64,000 nt of DNA. It comes from Iphione sp. A-MEVVRFRX5 (lineage: Eukaryota). A program made the translations under genes and the position numbers. Position 1 is the stretch's first letter, and each line of letters begins with the position of its first letter. The notes beneath the pieces were generated by a model. It saw only the letters and a program-made list of their open reading frames with translations, made no database searches and was not told where the DNA came from. The DNA lies in assembly GCA_976226885.1 (NCBI GenBank), contig OZ320317.1:50716001-50780000 (forward strand), read 5' to 3'. This document shows, piece by piece, positions 26,801 through 41,099 of the stretch.

Positions 26801-29800
26801 GAAACACGGGTAGTAATGACACGAGTATTACTTGTATTACAGGGCAACAATCATGCTTTCTTTAACAGAATATCAAACCGAATATGCGACTGAAGGCAAT
26901 TCTATGTGGGTTCATTTCTTCATTCATTAGCCAGGCCTGCGATTGTAGACAAATAGATATGTATCCAACTATTACCAAGGAGAATACTCTAGGTTTAACG
27001 CACGTTTAACGTTAAGTGCAGTAAAAGTTTATTTTATTAACTTTAAAATGTGTCGGTTAAAATGATATTTCCATTACATGTATTTCCAATTGAAAGTCCT
27101 GTCATAATTATATATACTCTCCTAATTTATATGCGACTTTTAATCTACCATCCAAAGTTATTTCTTTATATTATTTTAATTAAACAATATACACATAAAA
27201 ATCTCGCATCGGTTAAAATTTTCAGCATGCAAACACATGGAACCACGAGCTGATATCGTCACTGAAAGATTAATACCCGAGAGTCCATATGGAAGTTAGG
27301 GTTGAACTAAGGAAAATAGAGCCATATTTGATGATATAGATGTCATAATAAACTCTGTAACCACGATTGGCTGTGTTATGTGGAATCTTTTGATGTTCAA
27401 GGCTATAAATTGCAAGTTATTGAAAATCTAAGGAGAAATTTTCATGTAGATGGGTTGTTTCTGGTTTTTTTCAGCAAAACACCTGAAACTTTGACATTCC
27501 TTTCGTTTCAAATGGAAAGGTTTGTTCAAAAGGATGCGTACAAAGAAAGAGACACTGAGCCGCTTGTCACACTTCATTTTTTACTGAATAACCCTTTGCA
27601 TTAAAATCCGTTTATAACTATATCATGTGAGTTGCTTGTTGAACTTAACGTGAAGAGATATTGTGTTACCACAAAACACGTGAATTCAGTAATTTTAGAA
27701 AGATGGATTTTCACCTCTGGTTGCATTTGTGAGTATCCACTGTAGACTTCGAAATATGTACTTGTCTCCATGGCTGCCCTACGCAACCCATCCGTCACAC
27801 AACAGAGAGCTAGTGACACTCAAACCGACTTACACGTACCCGCCCACCTAGACACTAACGCACACAGACAGCTAAGTTACTCATGGACTCCTCCCTTTGT
27901 TCCTTGTGTGTAACAAATGCTGACATCTCCGAGCGGCCTGCCCGAGGATGTTGTTCTGTCGAGTGGGCATGAAGCCCGTCAAGCGGGCATAATCATATTA
28001 CACAGGGCATTAACAGGCTTCTGATACTTGACCTAGCGAAGGAAATTGGAGAAGAGCAGATGTGCCGGCCATGCAAATGAAAGACAACAGTCAGAAATAG
28101 AAGAAAATCCAAGAAATCAGGGGATAATTCACAGGCGGAGCCGAAGTTCAACGCATCACATTATTATTATTAAAGGGATTATAAATAGTCACTAAAAGAT
28201 TGGGTAATTTAGGAGCTGGGCAGCCATCAAGTAAACATCTTTGAAAATAAAGTTGTCTATAACTGCTCACGTCTGCAAATTTGATGCCAATGAATATGCC
28301 CAAATTCTAAAAAGGGACTTGAAATGACTTTCTTTTTAGAGGAGACCCTAAAATGAGTCAGGTATACAGACGTAAGCACAGCCAGATCTCGAGCAGGAAA
28401 ATGCGATACAATCTTACAGGCGACTAATCAATACTCTCTATAAGAAAAAAAAGTTACCAAGAGGGCGTGTCTTTGATGAGCCTACAGCCTGAAGATATAA
28501 CGCAGTGACCGACACGCTAGGGAGAGGTATGACCTTCAAATGCGGCAAGAGACGCCGGCATCAACTGCCAGCACATCGCGGAGCCGGCAGTCGTCCCCTG
28601 CTCGTTCCTCGCCCCCTCTCTGCCGGCTGCATGGATGATGGAGAGGTGGCTTTGGCCCGGGCGGCCACTCCTCCCCCTCCCTACACCTCCTATGCGTGGC
28701 CGTTGCAGACCGCGCCGTCAGCGGCCGCCCACACGACGCCCGCTGTCCGTCAAGTGTCTATTCCTTGCGAGGCGAAGAAAGTGGATCACAGCTCGTCTAT
28801 ATGCCTGGCGCTGACGGCTATCTCTCGTCCACAAGACGGACGGATTGTCCCTCCTGCATGATCTATCTGAAAGAAAACGTGTGGACTTTCAGCCTTCAAT
28901 CAACGTGTATGTATCTGTATTCCTCAGCCTGGCCTCGGTAGGCCCCCGTCACGGATGGCACTGTCTATATACAGTTGCCCTTGCTCCTTATCAGCTTTTC
29001 CACAGTATCATCCCTTCTTGTGGCGGCTAATACATATATACATTGAATTTCAATACCCTGTAGAGCGGAGTCAGCCTCTTCTTTTTTTGAGAAAAGGGTT
29101 TCTTGGCACGGTTCAATGAGGATGGACCTCGCCGAATGAATCATGATTTGAAATTACATTTTCACTGATATTTATGACGCACATATCAGCAAGTTCACAT
29201 AACTGTCATAAAATAACAGGAGAATGTATGCGCAGTATTTAAGACGATCGTATACGTTGCCCTTAAACGGTGACAAACATAACATCGGCCCTCCGGTATT
29301 TAAATTATTATCTTTAGACCGACAAGTTCTGCTGCCAGTTTATTGTCTCTCTGCAGGTTTCCAGATCTCTTAATTTATTTTTATCCCCTCCAGTTCTATT
29401 CTTATCCCGCTTGTTGTTCCGGCACTAACGAGCATCTCCGTATGCCAATGAACTTCAAGATTTAATTTCTGTCTGTGAACCAGATTTGCCTACGCCTCCT
29501 GTCAGTAATCTCTCGGTGGTATTAGTAAGAAAGACAGTTGGAGCTGAAATCCACCACTCTGTGCTCTCCTGTATATGCCAATCTGTGAATAGTTATTGAA
29601 TGAGAAGAACAGGGCCTCTCCGCTCGTGTATAATCGGCCTTATAATTTATATTTGCGAAAGCCAGCCTTTCTCCACATTGAAAGCGGCAATTTTCAACTG
29701 CCAATTGATAGCTGCGATTCTATCTATTCCCTATTTTCCATCTTTAAACCGACAAATCTTACCAATGGCTAAATACATACATACAGAGAGAGAAGTTGTC

Positions 29801-32800
29801 ATATACATGTATATCGTCACTATGATAGGTTGGAAACAAAGTATACATAAATTATATTAGTTTAATCTCAATGCATGTGACAAGCCAGGAGTCAAAGGTA
29901 TTTCTAATTAAATTGAAGAATGTTTTGGGGGCATCACCTGGGGAAGGTTTATTCAAATACTCCTCATGGATACTGAGATATCTCACCCTAACGTTGTTAT
30001 AAGTCCTCTTTATTAAAAAAATGAAATTAACTATTCTTTAAAAAAGATAGAAATTAGCTACCCTCCGAAAAAGTTTGAAATTGATTATTCAGAAAATTAT
30101 ACGGTTAATACATTCTTTGATATACATGTGTGAAATATGTAAATTAATCTTTAATTTTGATTATTATACAGAATCAGTTTTACAAAAGGTAGTTTTAGAA
30201 GTACTTCTTTGATTAGACATTTCTCACATTTCTACCTTACATTACCGCAATTTGAAAGGATCCTGCAACTGTATTGGTATGGTAATTTAATGTGTGTGAT
30301 TATGTAAATTAGCTGATTAAAATATCTCATCACATGACTCAAAATGACCTAATTGAAAAGTGTCAAAATTAACCCTTATGTACAGTAGATTCTCCATGGA
30401 AGATGATCTTATCAAGTTTTTCTTGACTAGGTTTACATTTTCTTCAATTTAAGGCTTCTTAACTGGTTATTTGATATTGTAACCCAATGCCTTGTATACC
30501 CCCGTTTTGTGGCTGGCCACATGCAATAAATTACCTCATAGATTAGTTATATCTTGGTTGATGAGATTATTTTGCCCAAATTTCCAGATCCCTCTTTAGA
30601 TAGGAAAGGAACTTTGCAGAATCCCTATATTATAAACAAGTGTTATATGCATTCTTCATGTTGTAAGACATGAATTTTATAATAAAGTAATGCTCACACC
30701 AGAGTCTGGTTTCACACTGTTATTCCCCAGTAGGTGGACTCTAATATATGCTCCAATGGGAGAAGCAGTCTATCAACAACTCCTTTACTCCCCTTCAATC
30801 AGCACATAGTTCTTTTATTAGATACAATAAAGTGACAGAATCCTTTCCATCAATCAGCCGTAGCATAAGCCATTTATTTCTGGAGTAGAATACAAGTACA
30901 TGCATCCATATCGAACCCTTTTTGATCTGTACCTTAATACAAAGAAAAAAATTAAGGAACACTAGTCTATTAATGAAAATGCTCCATGCCAAATATAGAG
31001 AGAAGTGGAGTGATGCAGTCTCAACAAATCAGTCATTACTAACTTATGTATGCATGATGGCAATTTGGGCCAATGGACCAATGAGCCGATCACCTTTTAA
31101 CGTTTTTACGATGCGAAATGAACTAAAACAATGGGTGCAACTGGTAGAGAGGCTACGACATCCACAGACTATGACAGCTGTGACATGCTGTCACATGCTG
31201 CTGGTAAAAAAACAGATAGGGGATCTTTTCTCAGCCCAAAAAGATCCTAGTTCTAATAGAGTATAGCTTATATCAAATGAAAGCTAAGGATATGAGCAAG
31301 AAAATGAGCTATAGCATGTCTCTCTACAATTAGGATAAATGATTCTACAGGCCTCTGAAGTTTTCTTACAAACTCACAATGTAAATGATGCAAATTTTAC
31401 CGCAAGTGTAAACAATGTCATTTTTCATTGTAATGACATAATTTGGCGATGGGTCCATTACAGAAGGTTTCGTACGTAACGACCAGGGGTTTTGAGGCGA
31501 TTATACTGGAGACTGCACCATGTGAGCCCTGGTTTTCAGGCTATTCTGTCCTCAGGGGCCCTGATCTCGGGCTATGAGGTTTATGACACTAACATGAATC
31601 CAAATCCCACTACTCATTCCCAGAGTAACAACCTGCCATTCTCTCAGTATGTATAAACTATTCGATTGATTCTCGACATAATCGCTGCTACAGTGCATGC
31701 AAAGCAGGCCTTCCATGACTTGCCCTGGGTCGATTCATTTTATCAGACTTGTCCTATGATTATGGCGATCCATTCATAGGAAATTCATTTACTAATCAAT
31801 GTTTGCTTTCTCGAATTTACAGCTTATATGTGGCATTTGACAGTCCATCCGTATTTCGCAGTCCACGATCAATACGAAAACGCTTCACCCATACTACAAT
31901 ATTGATGTTATCGGCAATTAAACCGCAACAAGACCGCTCATGCCTGTCCAGCATGATGAACGGCATTGAAGTCACGTGACTTGTAAATGATGGTACATAT
32001 AGACACACAATAAGTAAATGCAATACGAACTGAATACACGAAGTAATATAACGATCGATCTAGAAAAGCCACGTAACGTAGAGGGGGCTCTATATTACGA
32101 ACAAATGTATAAGCCACAGCGTTTTGTCGTTAATCCTGATGGGATAAAGCGTGGATTAGCGCGCGGTTGGATGTCATTGAAGGGTTATTCCTCTTATGAA
32201 ATTACATGTACTCTTAACGGACTTATCAATGGATCACAAATCACATTGTAATCAGTGCTGAATGAGAACTGTTCTGATTTAGGTCTATATCAACAATCGC
32301 ACATGCCCCGCTGCGAGGATCTTAAAAAAGTGGTCATTAGAGGAAGCTGCTGCATGTACCATAACAAGCTTTTTCATTATCTGCAATGGCAAAGGGTAGA
32401 GAAATCAGAAGTTAATTGTTGTATTCGTATTACTATTCCTCAGAGTGCCTGTTAAGAATTAGTGGAAAATTAATACTTTCTGAAGTTATTGCTATTTGCT
32501 TATAGCGTTTTCTGCCATCTATCGGTTAAGGAGTACGATTACTAATTCCTGCAATATAACACACAAAAGATAAGAGTAATATTCTATTAAATGGTTAAGT
32601 CTGAGTAGTGAAAAATTGTCACATTATAGGTTACCGAAGGAAATTTTCATGTCAATATTGCCTCCAAATAATGCTAATGCATTTTTCCAGTGTCAGATTT
32701 CTCCGTACATGATTTGATGATTATTTTTATGACAAATGGTTGATTACTCCAAGAACGAATACATGTATTTGTTTCACTTTAATATACCTTATATGTCCGT

Positions 32801-35439
32801 GTTAATATCCACTTAAGGCTTAATCACTTAATCCACTTTAAGAATGTAGTTCCAAGTTTCCGCTGTTCCTTCTTCAACCTATCACTATTAGTACACCAGC
32901 GGTATCACCTTAGTATCACTAGCAAATGGTCATATTAAGGAGAGGTTGTTCGAATTAGGCTGCCTAAACATTAAGCTGGGTTGCTATGCAAAGTTAAGTA
33001 TATTTGGCTGGAAGACAGGTTGTATAGAAAATCGGTAAAATGGTGCGAGTGGTCAACATTTCTTCTTTATCATTCACCACCAACATTAGTATAGACAAAA
33101 GTGTATCTTTACCAGAGGGAGGAGAAACTTATGGTATATCATGCTCACCATGTATCTCATCAATTGTAGGTAAAATAGAAAAGAAATTGGATAATGTACA
33201 AATTGTATGTAACATTCAGTGGAAATAAAAAGTTAAAAAAAAAACCTGGTATGATAATTCATCAAGCCATACTTGAACGATCATTTTAATGTCCTAAAAT
33301 CACAATTTCCTCCAATTTTTCCCTACAAGATCCACTCTCCACCAATAGAACCCGATGCATTGTTTGCATGTAGCAGTACATTGACAACACAAAATACTGC
33401 CAATTTAAAGGTCCAGAAATCACCAGTTTATTGATCCAGAGTTGGGTATGGCTAAATTTCCATATACATGTACGTGTGTCACTGTGAAGTGTATTTTTAT
33501 GGCTGTGGAAAGTTATTCCGATAACCACTGTACAAATGTTGAGCATAACATGTGCAATTTGTTCTTAGCCTTCGGAACATGGAAAAACAGAAAAATCCAA
33601 GTAAATTTGGCTGGAAACTGCAAAATGCAGGCAAATTCGACAACAAAACATTGAAAATCATGCAGATTCAGCTGGAAATGGCAAAATTGATGTATTTTAA
33701 ATACCAAAATGTATGCAGATCTGGCTGAAAACAGCAAAACTCATGCTTACATGTGTGGTACTATGTGGTACTCTGCAGAAATATGTTCTTTTGGGCACAA
33801 AACACAATTTACACGTGCTATGCCAAGTGCATGCATGGGTACACTCCTCCTGTTAGCATTCTTCCCAAAAACATGTTGAAAACATGCCCACATGCATTAT
33901 GGCAATACACGTGCATTGCGATTTAGCTTAATACCATGTATTCTGTGAAGTCAATATAGACATAGAAGTAATTCAAATCTGTCTGTTGTATGAAGTCAAA
34001 AATCCCAATTAGGGTAAATCTCCCTGCCAGGTTTCCATTTTTATAGTGTTGCTTCCTCTATATGGAGTCCAGAAGTACAGGACAAAATAGTATCATGACA
34101 ATTATCAGGGATGTTTCCATGTTTATGGGTCCAGAGTCCGGAGTCCAGTGTTTGAAAAAGAACATTGTCCATAAATATTCCCGTATTCTTCACAGTGGAC
34201 AGAGCAGTAGCATGAAAGTGGTGGCTCTTCTCAGGAGAAAGCTTAAAGGGAACTGTTTAACATAATTATGTTATACCATGTACAAAAATACATGTACCTG
34301 ATTTGCATAAAAACACAGTTTACACAGATTCGGCCAGAATTTCTTGAGATCAGCACAAATAGCATGCAGTTTGCACAGCTTTGGCTGGAACTCCCTTAAG
34401 ATCACACACAAAAATACACACACATATTCATGTCTACATAGGACACACGCACAGACAGTTCATGACAGAGAAAGCTCTCTATACAAGGAACAACCTTCTC
34501 TGTAAGGCTCTGGAATTGTCCAGCAAATCAGACCACTCTCGCAGTATATGGGGACAAAGACAGGACATATGGAAATCCAGTCTTAACATAGGATGAGGAC
34601 TATGATCAGTTAAACAAAATTTTACATCCAGGCCAGAGACTGAAACACTGAAATTTTCCTAAGTTAAGCAGATGTCAAGCAAACATTAGCATTCTGACAT
34701 TGATCTATTTTGTAATATTTGAAGTTTCAATAATTCCGTTTGAAATCCTGTTTGTGACCACACACCTTGGGACCAATCTCAAATGGTTGCATTGTAGAAT
34801 TTGGTCACAAAATAATAGGGTATCAAATCTATAGAAATTAACATTTTTGTCCCCAACTTAAATAGAGAACTGTTGCAAAACAATGTGGTCGTCAATAGGG
34901 TCTCCACTGTACATGTTACTGTACGATACATTTTGTGTATATTGACCTGACCCACTCAAGTGATAATGTTAGAAAAATAAACTGTAAGTCATGTTAGAAC
35001 ATGAAAAATGCGTGACAATTGGGATGTACCTACGGAAAATTTCTGGACTTTGACGAAGGGTGAATATAATATGATGCTCTTGTTAGATGGTTTTCTATAC
35101 GAAAGTAAATTATACAGGCAGGGCTCTTTAGGGCTGGTTTCCATATACGCTTGAGCATGCATGTACACGCATGTGCATTGCATTTGCATTGCATGTATTT
35201 GCAGTACATTGCATATCCCTGCATTTGCTGCTGTTTGCCTTTGTTTGCTCAAGGAATTTCAGAAGGAAATATGAGATTTGCAGTGAATTTGATGAGCAAA
35301 ATCCGAATTGCAGTGAATTTTATGAGGAAGGTTCAAGCAATTAGAGAAAAACAACCTACTTCACAACGAATTTAAGGAATTGCTGTGAATTTGAGGAGAA
35401 ACTTTATTTTATTGAAAATGTGCCTCGTTCACTGATACT

Positions 35440-35462
35440 AGTGCCTTCGGCACTTGCACTAG
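35440..35462 (+). mobile_element. Helitron-type 3' terminus (hairpin plus CTAG, followed by T)
   Basis: AGTGCC-ttc-GGCACT hairpin at 35440-35454, CTAG at 35459-35462, T at 35463; 5' end not located. Confidence 0.5.
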
Positions 35463-35828
35463 TTGTACTGTGTGTGCATTTTTGTGTATGTGTGTGTGCC
35501 TTTGTGTATTTATGTGTGTCTCTGTAGAAAGCTGCCCTGGGGCTTTCCCATTATGACATCACCATCAGGGGATTCAAAAACAAACCCTAAAGCCTTTGTA
35601 AGCAGCACACTCATTGGCTGGTTAAGTTTCAAGCAGGTACAGTGATCATAATGCATAGGGACTTCTTCCGGAAGCCGTTTTATAAGAGTAGTGTAAAAAC
35701 AGAAGTCTTCAACTTTTAATTTGATTGAAAAAATAAAACAAAAACCGTTGCCCATCAACAGATTGATTTATTTTCATTTTCTTTACATTCACCATCTTGA
35801 TTTTTGATTGCAGAATATTCGATGAATA

Positions 35829-36405
35829 CAGTATAACCCCTCTACAACGGACAATGTTGGGACTGTAGTCAAAGCGTCCGTTGTCGGGGGTGTCCGCTGT
35901 CGCCGAGCAGCAGTAGAGGGAAGGTCGGCAGTAGCAGACTGAAGGGCGGCAACAGTAGAGGGAAGGATAGCAGGGGCAGACTGAAGGGCTGCAACTGCCG
36001 AGGGAAGGCCTGCTGAAGGGGTTCATGTATGCGTGAGGCCCACAAAGGTGTGAGGGACACCTCCTCCAGGGTGTCGGGACAAGGTCGCGCCTATTTAGGG
36101 TGTGATAGTCCTAAAGAGATAGACTGAAGAAACTATGTCGCACCTCTGAAGGGTGGATGTCGCACCTATGAAGGGTGGATGTCGCACCTATGAAGGGTGG
36201 ATGTCCGCTGTGGACCTTATAAAAGGAGCATTTGGGACTGGAAAAGAAGTGTCCAGAGGCGGGGTGTCCACTGTACCTGAGGTGTCCGCTGTGTCCGGGC
36301 GCCAATACACATGATATAGAGGGTTTTTGTATGGGACTGGCACCTGGGCGTCCATTGTAGGGGGCGTCCGCTGTGCCCAGGCATCCGTAGAGAGGGTTTG
36401 TACTG
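35829..36405. mobile_element. TA-flanked Tc1/mariner-pogo-type MITE with internal tandem repeats
   Basis: TA|CAGTATAACCCCTCTAC...GTAGAGAGGGTTTGTACTG|TA inverted ends; three 22-bp units (atgtcgcaccta/ctgaagggtgg) at 36135-36200. Confidence 0.8.
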
Positions 36406-36769
36406 TATCTTAGTGCTATTTTATGTAAGTTACTCACATGCTTTAACTTGTAACCTGTTAATGAAAGTAGACTAGCTAAATCTCCTCCTGATACTTTGAC
36501 TAGCTCCTGGTGCTTGAGGAAACACCTGTTATTTCCAAGGCTAAGAAGAATGATTTTGTATGTGGTCGGACTACTACTAGAAACGATTCTCAATACGTGA
36601 GCCTTCATCTGTTGAGAGGTATCTTCACTGTACGTGCCGAAATAATACCATTTACTGTGAATCTGACGCCCCTTTCACGACGTCAGGTATAACCTGCAAC
36701 GATTTCCTACAACGCAGGCCCAGAGACAGGAATTAAGTACTCTGTGGGAGTACATGTATCTGAAATAAG

Positions 36770-36832
36770 AGAGGTGGAACTCCTGATTCGAGAGGTGGAC
36801 CTCCTGGTTAGAGAAGTAGAACTCCTGGTTAT
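36770..36832. repeat. Three diverged 21-bp tandem units, with a fourth copy near 36942
   Basis: gagaggtggaactcctgattc / gagaggtggacctcctggtta / gagaagtagaactcctggtta. Confidence 0.8.
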
Positions 36833-39800
36833 ACTGCATGGCTACGGGCCTGTATATGTACGTAGTATATATGTATCTGTGTATTTGTGTATCTGTGCAT
36901 GTATGTGTGCATGTGTGCATGTATTTATTGTTTTTATGTATTAGAGAGGTGAAACTCCTGGCTTTTGTGCAGAGTATCGGCCGACAACCCCATATCCCCT
37001 TGGCTACAGGCCTGCAACGTAAGACTGATTCACTTTGGCGTAGGCCCTTCTGTTACCCAAGGTTTGCCAAGACATTAGTATCTCCGACCTTTGCTCTTCA
37101 TCGTAACACGTCTGCTTTACGTCATGATGGATATTGAAGGCTGTCTAAGTTAACCTTAGGCTTCATCTTGTGAGTGCAGGAGTAGGTGCCTGCCTCAGGC
37201 ATTTTCACGGGCGAAAGGTCCTGAGGATCTCAAGTCACAGGAGTCCCTGCTGACCCTGGTTTCTCCCTACCCTTAGCGTGCTGTGGGGTACCGCACTCTG
37301 CTAATAAGTGTACTTTGAACCCAAAGCATTTTCATCCTACAAACAAGACCATCGGGCAAAATGGAAAATACATCTGCAGCATTCTAGAGCTCTTTCCCTT
37401 GCCGCGCACTATATATTCTTTGTAGTCTGGTACATGTATTTTATGTTAGACTCACGTGTGTCTGTTTTTGGGTCCCTCTAGTAAAACCTAATGGTGACGG
37501 CTCAGCTTAGATGCTTGTAGGGATGTTTTGTAACCTGTCGTTTCAAACTCCAACGGTCCCCGTCGCTGCTACGCGACGGAACTCTCCAGGTAACCCTCAG
37601 GTATCGCTTACTGTATCCGCCAAACCAGTACTGTCCAGGCATGGATTGGCACATCATACACCAAACGTCTGTTTCTAGGCTGAAATAAATATTTACAAAG
37701 GATTGTCAAAGCTGTTTTGAAGTGAAAATATCCCAACACACTATATTGAGTTTCTCTTTATTCCATAGCAGAAATGTTTTAATGTCAATCGCATGTCAAT
37801 ATTGGCACCTTCAATTCATGAGGGCAACCATTTTGTGCACTTGCCTCGGCAAACATCTAACAACTGCAATAGTCAAATCCCAAAAGAAGGGCCGAAATGT
37901 AATGAAGTAAAACGGAAAAAGTAAAATATATTGTGTTTTCGGTATCAAATATTAGCGTCCTTTCCAAAATAAATAATGAAAATAAAGCCATCCCTAAAAG
38001 AGGCAAATATGAAGGTCAAACACATTGTAATTCTACTTCCAGTTTTCTATCACAAACTTGTATAATATAAAATTTGACATATTTGATACCAGCCAGGACT
38101 TAGATTAGATTCTTTTGATAGAATTTAACTTCCTGATAATATGGACTGCCAGAAACATATTTTGTCAGATATCCTCTCCAGAATTTCTGAATCAGTACTA
38201 TGTCTGCCATTTTGGTTTGGTACAGTCATCGATACTTGCCAGCTTGAAACGTGACGTATAACTACACTAACCCAGCATAGACATAGAATAAAAGGTGTAT
38301 CCGCCAGGTCACAACCTTTTACAGGAGACACATAAGACAATTTAAATATTACAACATATATAACATCACCTAGGTGAATGAAGTCCTTCTCCTTGGTACA
38401 AATCTCGAAAAACCCAGAACACTCTTTTACAAGAAATACTACTATTAACTGCAGCTTGAGGGTACATGGATTTTCTGCTGTTCAGTACACCTGCACCCTG
38501 ACATTTTGCATGGTTACAGAGCAGTTAGATTTACGTAGTAATGCTCGGCGACTAATGTAGTTTCCAGTTTACATTTGTATTTAATCAAACATCAGAACTG
38601 ACAAAGGGTATATACAATTTAAATTTCACCTACATTATACTGGTTTAGTATCATTCTCTAAAACAAATACCTTTTCTTATGTGATATTTGGCTTTTCATA
38701 TTGAAAACGTCACATTTATCTGGGAAAGGTTCTTTTCTAAGAGCCAAACGTTTAGTCGAAATAGATTAACTGTATCCCGGACTAATTCTCTACAAAGCGT
38801 TGATATCATGAAACCGTTTCCGTGGACGTACATGTACTGTAGACAACGTTTCACTTTGCATTGTACCTTATGGGTTATCGGCCATGCATAATTAGTTTTG
38901 AATATAGGCAGCAGGATCCAAAGTAAATGATTAATGACAGAAAAAACACAGAAAGGTAATGGTGGTGAATAGCAGGTAGCACGCTGTGTGATGCATTGTT
39001 GAGGACATGGACACTTTTATGCCAAGTGCAAGGGTTCATGGTGTGAGTAGCGTAGGAAAAGGATATTAGATGCGGGCCCCTCTCGATCTAAGGATAAAAT
39101 GTCACATTCAAAGGACGTTACCCCTCTCCATAGAAGTAGTCATCATGCTACGTTCGGAACATCTCTCCAGAATTATGGTGATCTGTGGGTGTCCATTACC
39201 TAGTATGTAATGCACTTCGTCGAGGGACGCCAGTACCAAATGGGAACTCGTTAGTCTCGAGTCCTACTTGTAGCTTGATTATCAGCTCATGCGTTTGACA
39301 GCCCACACAGGTTTAGATCAATTCAATAATCAATTCCCCTCCCACTGCCAGGGTGCCTATGTGCTGAGTACAATATCGGTGTGGAGAACCAACAATGAAG
39401 GTACGCATGCCCCCACTTAAAGGTAGGATACACTACCCTGTCGATAGGAGGCAGCACCATTACCAGTACACATGACAATGTGTGGTTACCCTAGACCAGG
39501 TGCGAATGTATACGATGAAGGACGTACTCCACTTATGGCCGATTGTTAGCGCACTTAATCCATACTTAGTCCTGGCACAACCAGTCCATTTGGACTAATC
39601 TCGTTAATCCTACTGCAAGAATGACAGTTACATATCAGGCTGGTGGGACTAACTTATCTTACTCCTGCAGTAAGATTAAATCTTTATCTCTTCAAAAATG
39701 GTGCTTACAAAAACATCATGTATAAAACATGAGCAACACTGCAACTTCCAAGCCCCAAAACGCCGGTTCTCCTGATCAGAATAAAATTATTGGCAAATAA

Positions 39801-41099
39801 TGACTCCGGACGAAAATAAGCGATAGCATGTATTTACAATCCATTATCTACAAAGTTATGACTGCATGAAATTAGGCAATCTTTACCAAGAATCGGCGGC
39901 AATACCTAATACATATACAGCTATTATAACTTCCTTGCTAGTAAAGCTAGAAGGATATGCCTTGGTTCATTTTCCTCATTATCTTTATGGTAGTGTATAT
40001 GGTAGTTCATGTGCCTACATGAAAATCCAAGCATGAGAAGTGGTACCTTTTGGTTTAGAAGGTACTGTCTTGCTTATTTCTTTCCTACATGAGGAGTTTT
40101 AGCATGCCTGATTGTGACACAATTTTTACTGAGGTATTATTTCTATCATGAGTCCATAGTGAAATTCCATATAACCATACCTTTCTAGATAATAGACATA
40201 CAAATACAAGCTATAGCGCAATGTCTTTCTTAGGTCCTTACCTTTTAAATGAACTTTGTTGTACATATGAAAATCTGAACATCAGAAGTAATGTTATAGG
40301 CCTTAGCATGCAGTGAGTGAGGCAACGTTGTTTAATGTTATTTATTCCCAGATTAACTTGTCCATCAGTTAATCAGTCAGTGCGAATAAATTAACATGGC
40401 TTCAACCACAAATAAGTTGGTCCTAGGATTAGCTTTGGTCGTAAGCGCTAACAATTGGCTATAATCGTTTTTAATCATAGCTAGGTTTCACTTCTGTCCT
40501 AACAGCCGCTCTGCCTAAATTATCTATTATGTTAACCAGTGATGTGGTGTTTAACGAATAAATTTGTCTAAAAACTTTGGTCTAGAAATGAAATGTTAAT
40601 TGATTTCGATGGATTCAAGTATCTAGTACTTATGATTAAGAAGTGAATAGACTTCCTGCTTCTGTTAGGTCTCACTACTGCAATTCTTTACTAGGTTTCA
40701 GGAAGGGGCATTTATTAGATCACTGTTCCTTCGGTTTCGACTGGGTAGTCTCATCGGGCCCTTTTTTATATAATTTATTTTGCTGTTTTGTTGTGGATGG
40801 CGAAAATATTGGGATCTTTCAGGGGACACTATATGTTGGTTTTATGTGACTCTGATGTTTATACCAGGTTTGTTTGTTGTTGTTGTTTTTTTGCTAGTAC
40901 TTGTTTAGTATAAGGTTCAGATGATATGTAGGTATGTTATCGCGTTCATCATAATCATTATCACTGCTACAGTATTGGTTATATGTGTACCTAAGAAAAT
41001 GGAGCATTGGTCAAATGGTGTATCATGGGTTTAATCACTACTTCAGAATTTTGGTTTGACATTTAAATCCTCGAAGTCTTTCTCGTAAAAGGAAGGGTT

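Noticed and set aside
36135-36832. 22-bp and 21-bp repeats as a CRISPR array
   Set aside because: They are head-to-tail with no unique spacers, there are no cas genes, and one set lies inside a MITE.
37193-37226. CCTCAGG...CCTGAGG stem as a self-cleaving ribozyme
   Set aside because: No hammerhead, HDV-like or twister core could be mapped by eye.
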